In this document: positions 63,035 to 64,000 of the stretch, one piece after another
Position numbering within the stretch: the first letter of the stretch is position 1
Layout: each line of letters begins with the position of its first letter
DNA from: Lama glama
Taxonomy: Eukaryota
Assembly (NCBI GenBank): GCA_028534125.1
Contig: CM052817.1
Span: 78,804,001 to 78,868,000, forward strand
Direction of reading: 5' to 3'
DNA length: 64,000 nt
Translations under genes and position numbers: made by a program
Notes under the pieces: generated by a model
What the model saw: the letters and a program-made list of their open reading frames with translations, nothing else
Database searches by the model: none
What the model was told of the DNA's origin: nothing

Positions 63035-63449
63035 CTTTGTTACCAGGCATGAGTTTTATTGGCTGTGAGGGAAAAATAGTCTTTGGCCGACACAAGGCAG
63101 GGAGTTAAGATTGATTGCTTTCATAAATCCAGGATCTTGAAGTACACATACAGGTCTTGAAGTAGTAAAAGTGTGAGCTAAAACAATGTCTGCTCCTTGG
63201 CATATGGATTTTTTTTCTATTAACTTTATATTTTGGCATATATTGAGACTAAGTCATTTTTGCCATCCAGAAGGTCTTAACAACACATTGCTCTCTTAAG
63301 GCTGCATCCTTGAAAATGATCTCCATTGTAGAAACATTGTTCCAAGCACAGGGAAAGGGATGTGGAGCCTCTGATTACTGGGTTCAGCTTGAAGGTCAAC
63401 TAGAGGTCATGTTCTCTTGATTACCTCTCCCAACACTCATCCGAGACTT

Positions 63450-64000
63450 CAGTTATTAGAATTAATGGTCATGAACAAAAAGTAATAAAAATGTTTAAAT
63501 GTATAAAGAAGTAAAGGAGATACTCAAAAGCTGATCAAGGAAATAAATCAACAAAAATGAAGATCTTTGAAAAAAGTCAAACCCCTAGGAGTTAAAAAAA
63601 AAAGTTAAAATTATAATCTCAGTGAGTAAAGAGAAGATTAGGCACAGCTAAAGAATTATGAAACTGGAAACAAAATTATTAGGCAGCTCAGAGAAGAAAT
63701 GGCCTAGAAAATATTAAAGAATTTAGGAGACATTTAATTTATAGTAAGTTCTAACATCTTTATAATTGGAGTGTGATATTAATTGGGGTGTCAGAAGGAT
63801 ACATTAGAGAATGTGGAAAAGACAATATTTGAAGAGATTATACCTAAGAATTATAGAAATAAAAATATAAAGATATGAATTCATGGGATATGGAAGAAAA
63901 ATAGACCATTAAAAAGATAAATGAAAGAAAATCCAAACCTAGACAAATCATTGAAACTGAACATTAAGATAAAGAAAAAATCATAAAGGTAACTGAAGGG
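63450..64000 (+). mobile_element. Ancient L1/HAL1 ORF1 remnant (continues past the window)
   Basis: TGGGGTGTCAGAAGG...CAATATTTGAAGAGATTA...AATCCAAACCTAGACAAATCAT...AAAGAAAAAATC, matching ORF1 GVPE/IFEEI/PRHI motifs. Confidence 0.7.

Noticed and set aside
1..64000. CRISPR array, operon or prokaryotic/viral defence system
   Set aside because: No regularly spaced repeats or gene-dense segments; the sequence is plainly repeat-rich mammalian DNA.

Overview
Mammalian genomic DNA, most likely camelid (alpaca/camel): it is AT-rich and CpG-depleted, and carries two tRNA-derived Vic-1-like SINEs. There is a 500-N assembly gap at 3244-3743. More than half of the window is decayed interspersed repeat: deeply nested LINE-1 clusters (about 3-22 kb, 37-42 kb, 48-58 kb, 59-64 kb), L2, MIR, MaLR/ERVL solo LTRs, and Tigger and MER5 DNA-transposon relics. 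No intact transposon ORF, RNA gene or CRISPR array is present, and almost all ORF-track entries are L1 fragments or noise. The most informative non-repeat signals are (i) what look like the last two coding exons plus 3' UTR of an unidentified + strand gene at 1-1.8 kb, (ii) several minus-strand exon-like segments in unique sequence at 30-45 kb (possible lncRNA or convergent gene end), and (iii) complex retrotransposition products: a twin-primed L1 with an apparent 3' transduction and target deletion, internally deleted L1s, an unusually long target duplication and a tail-less insertion. I see no convincing evidence of a wholly new biological system. Repeat subfamily names come from recognition by eye and need RepeatMasker/Dfam confirmation; repeat boundaries without TSDs are approximate.
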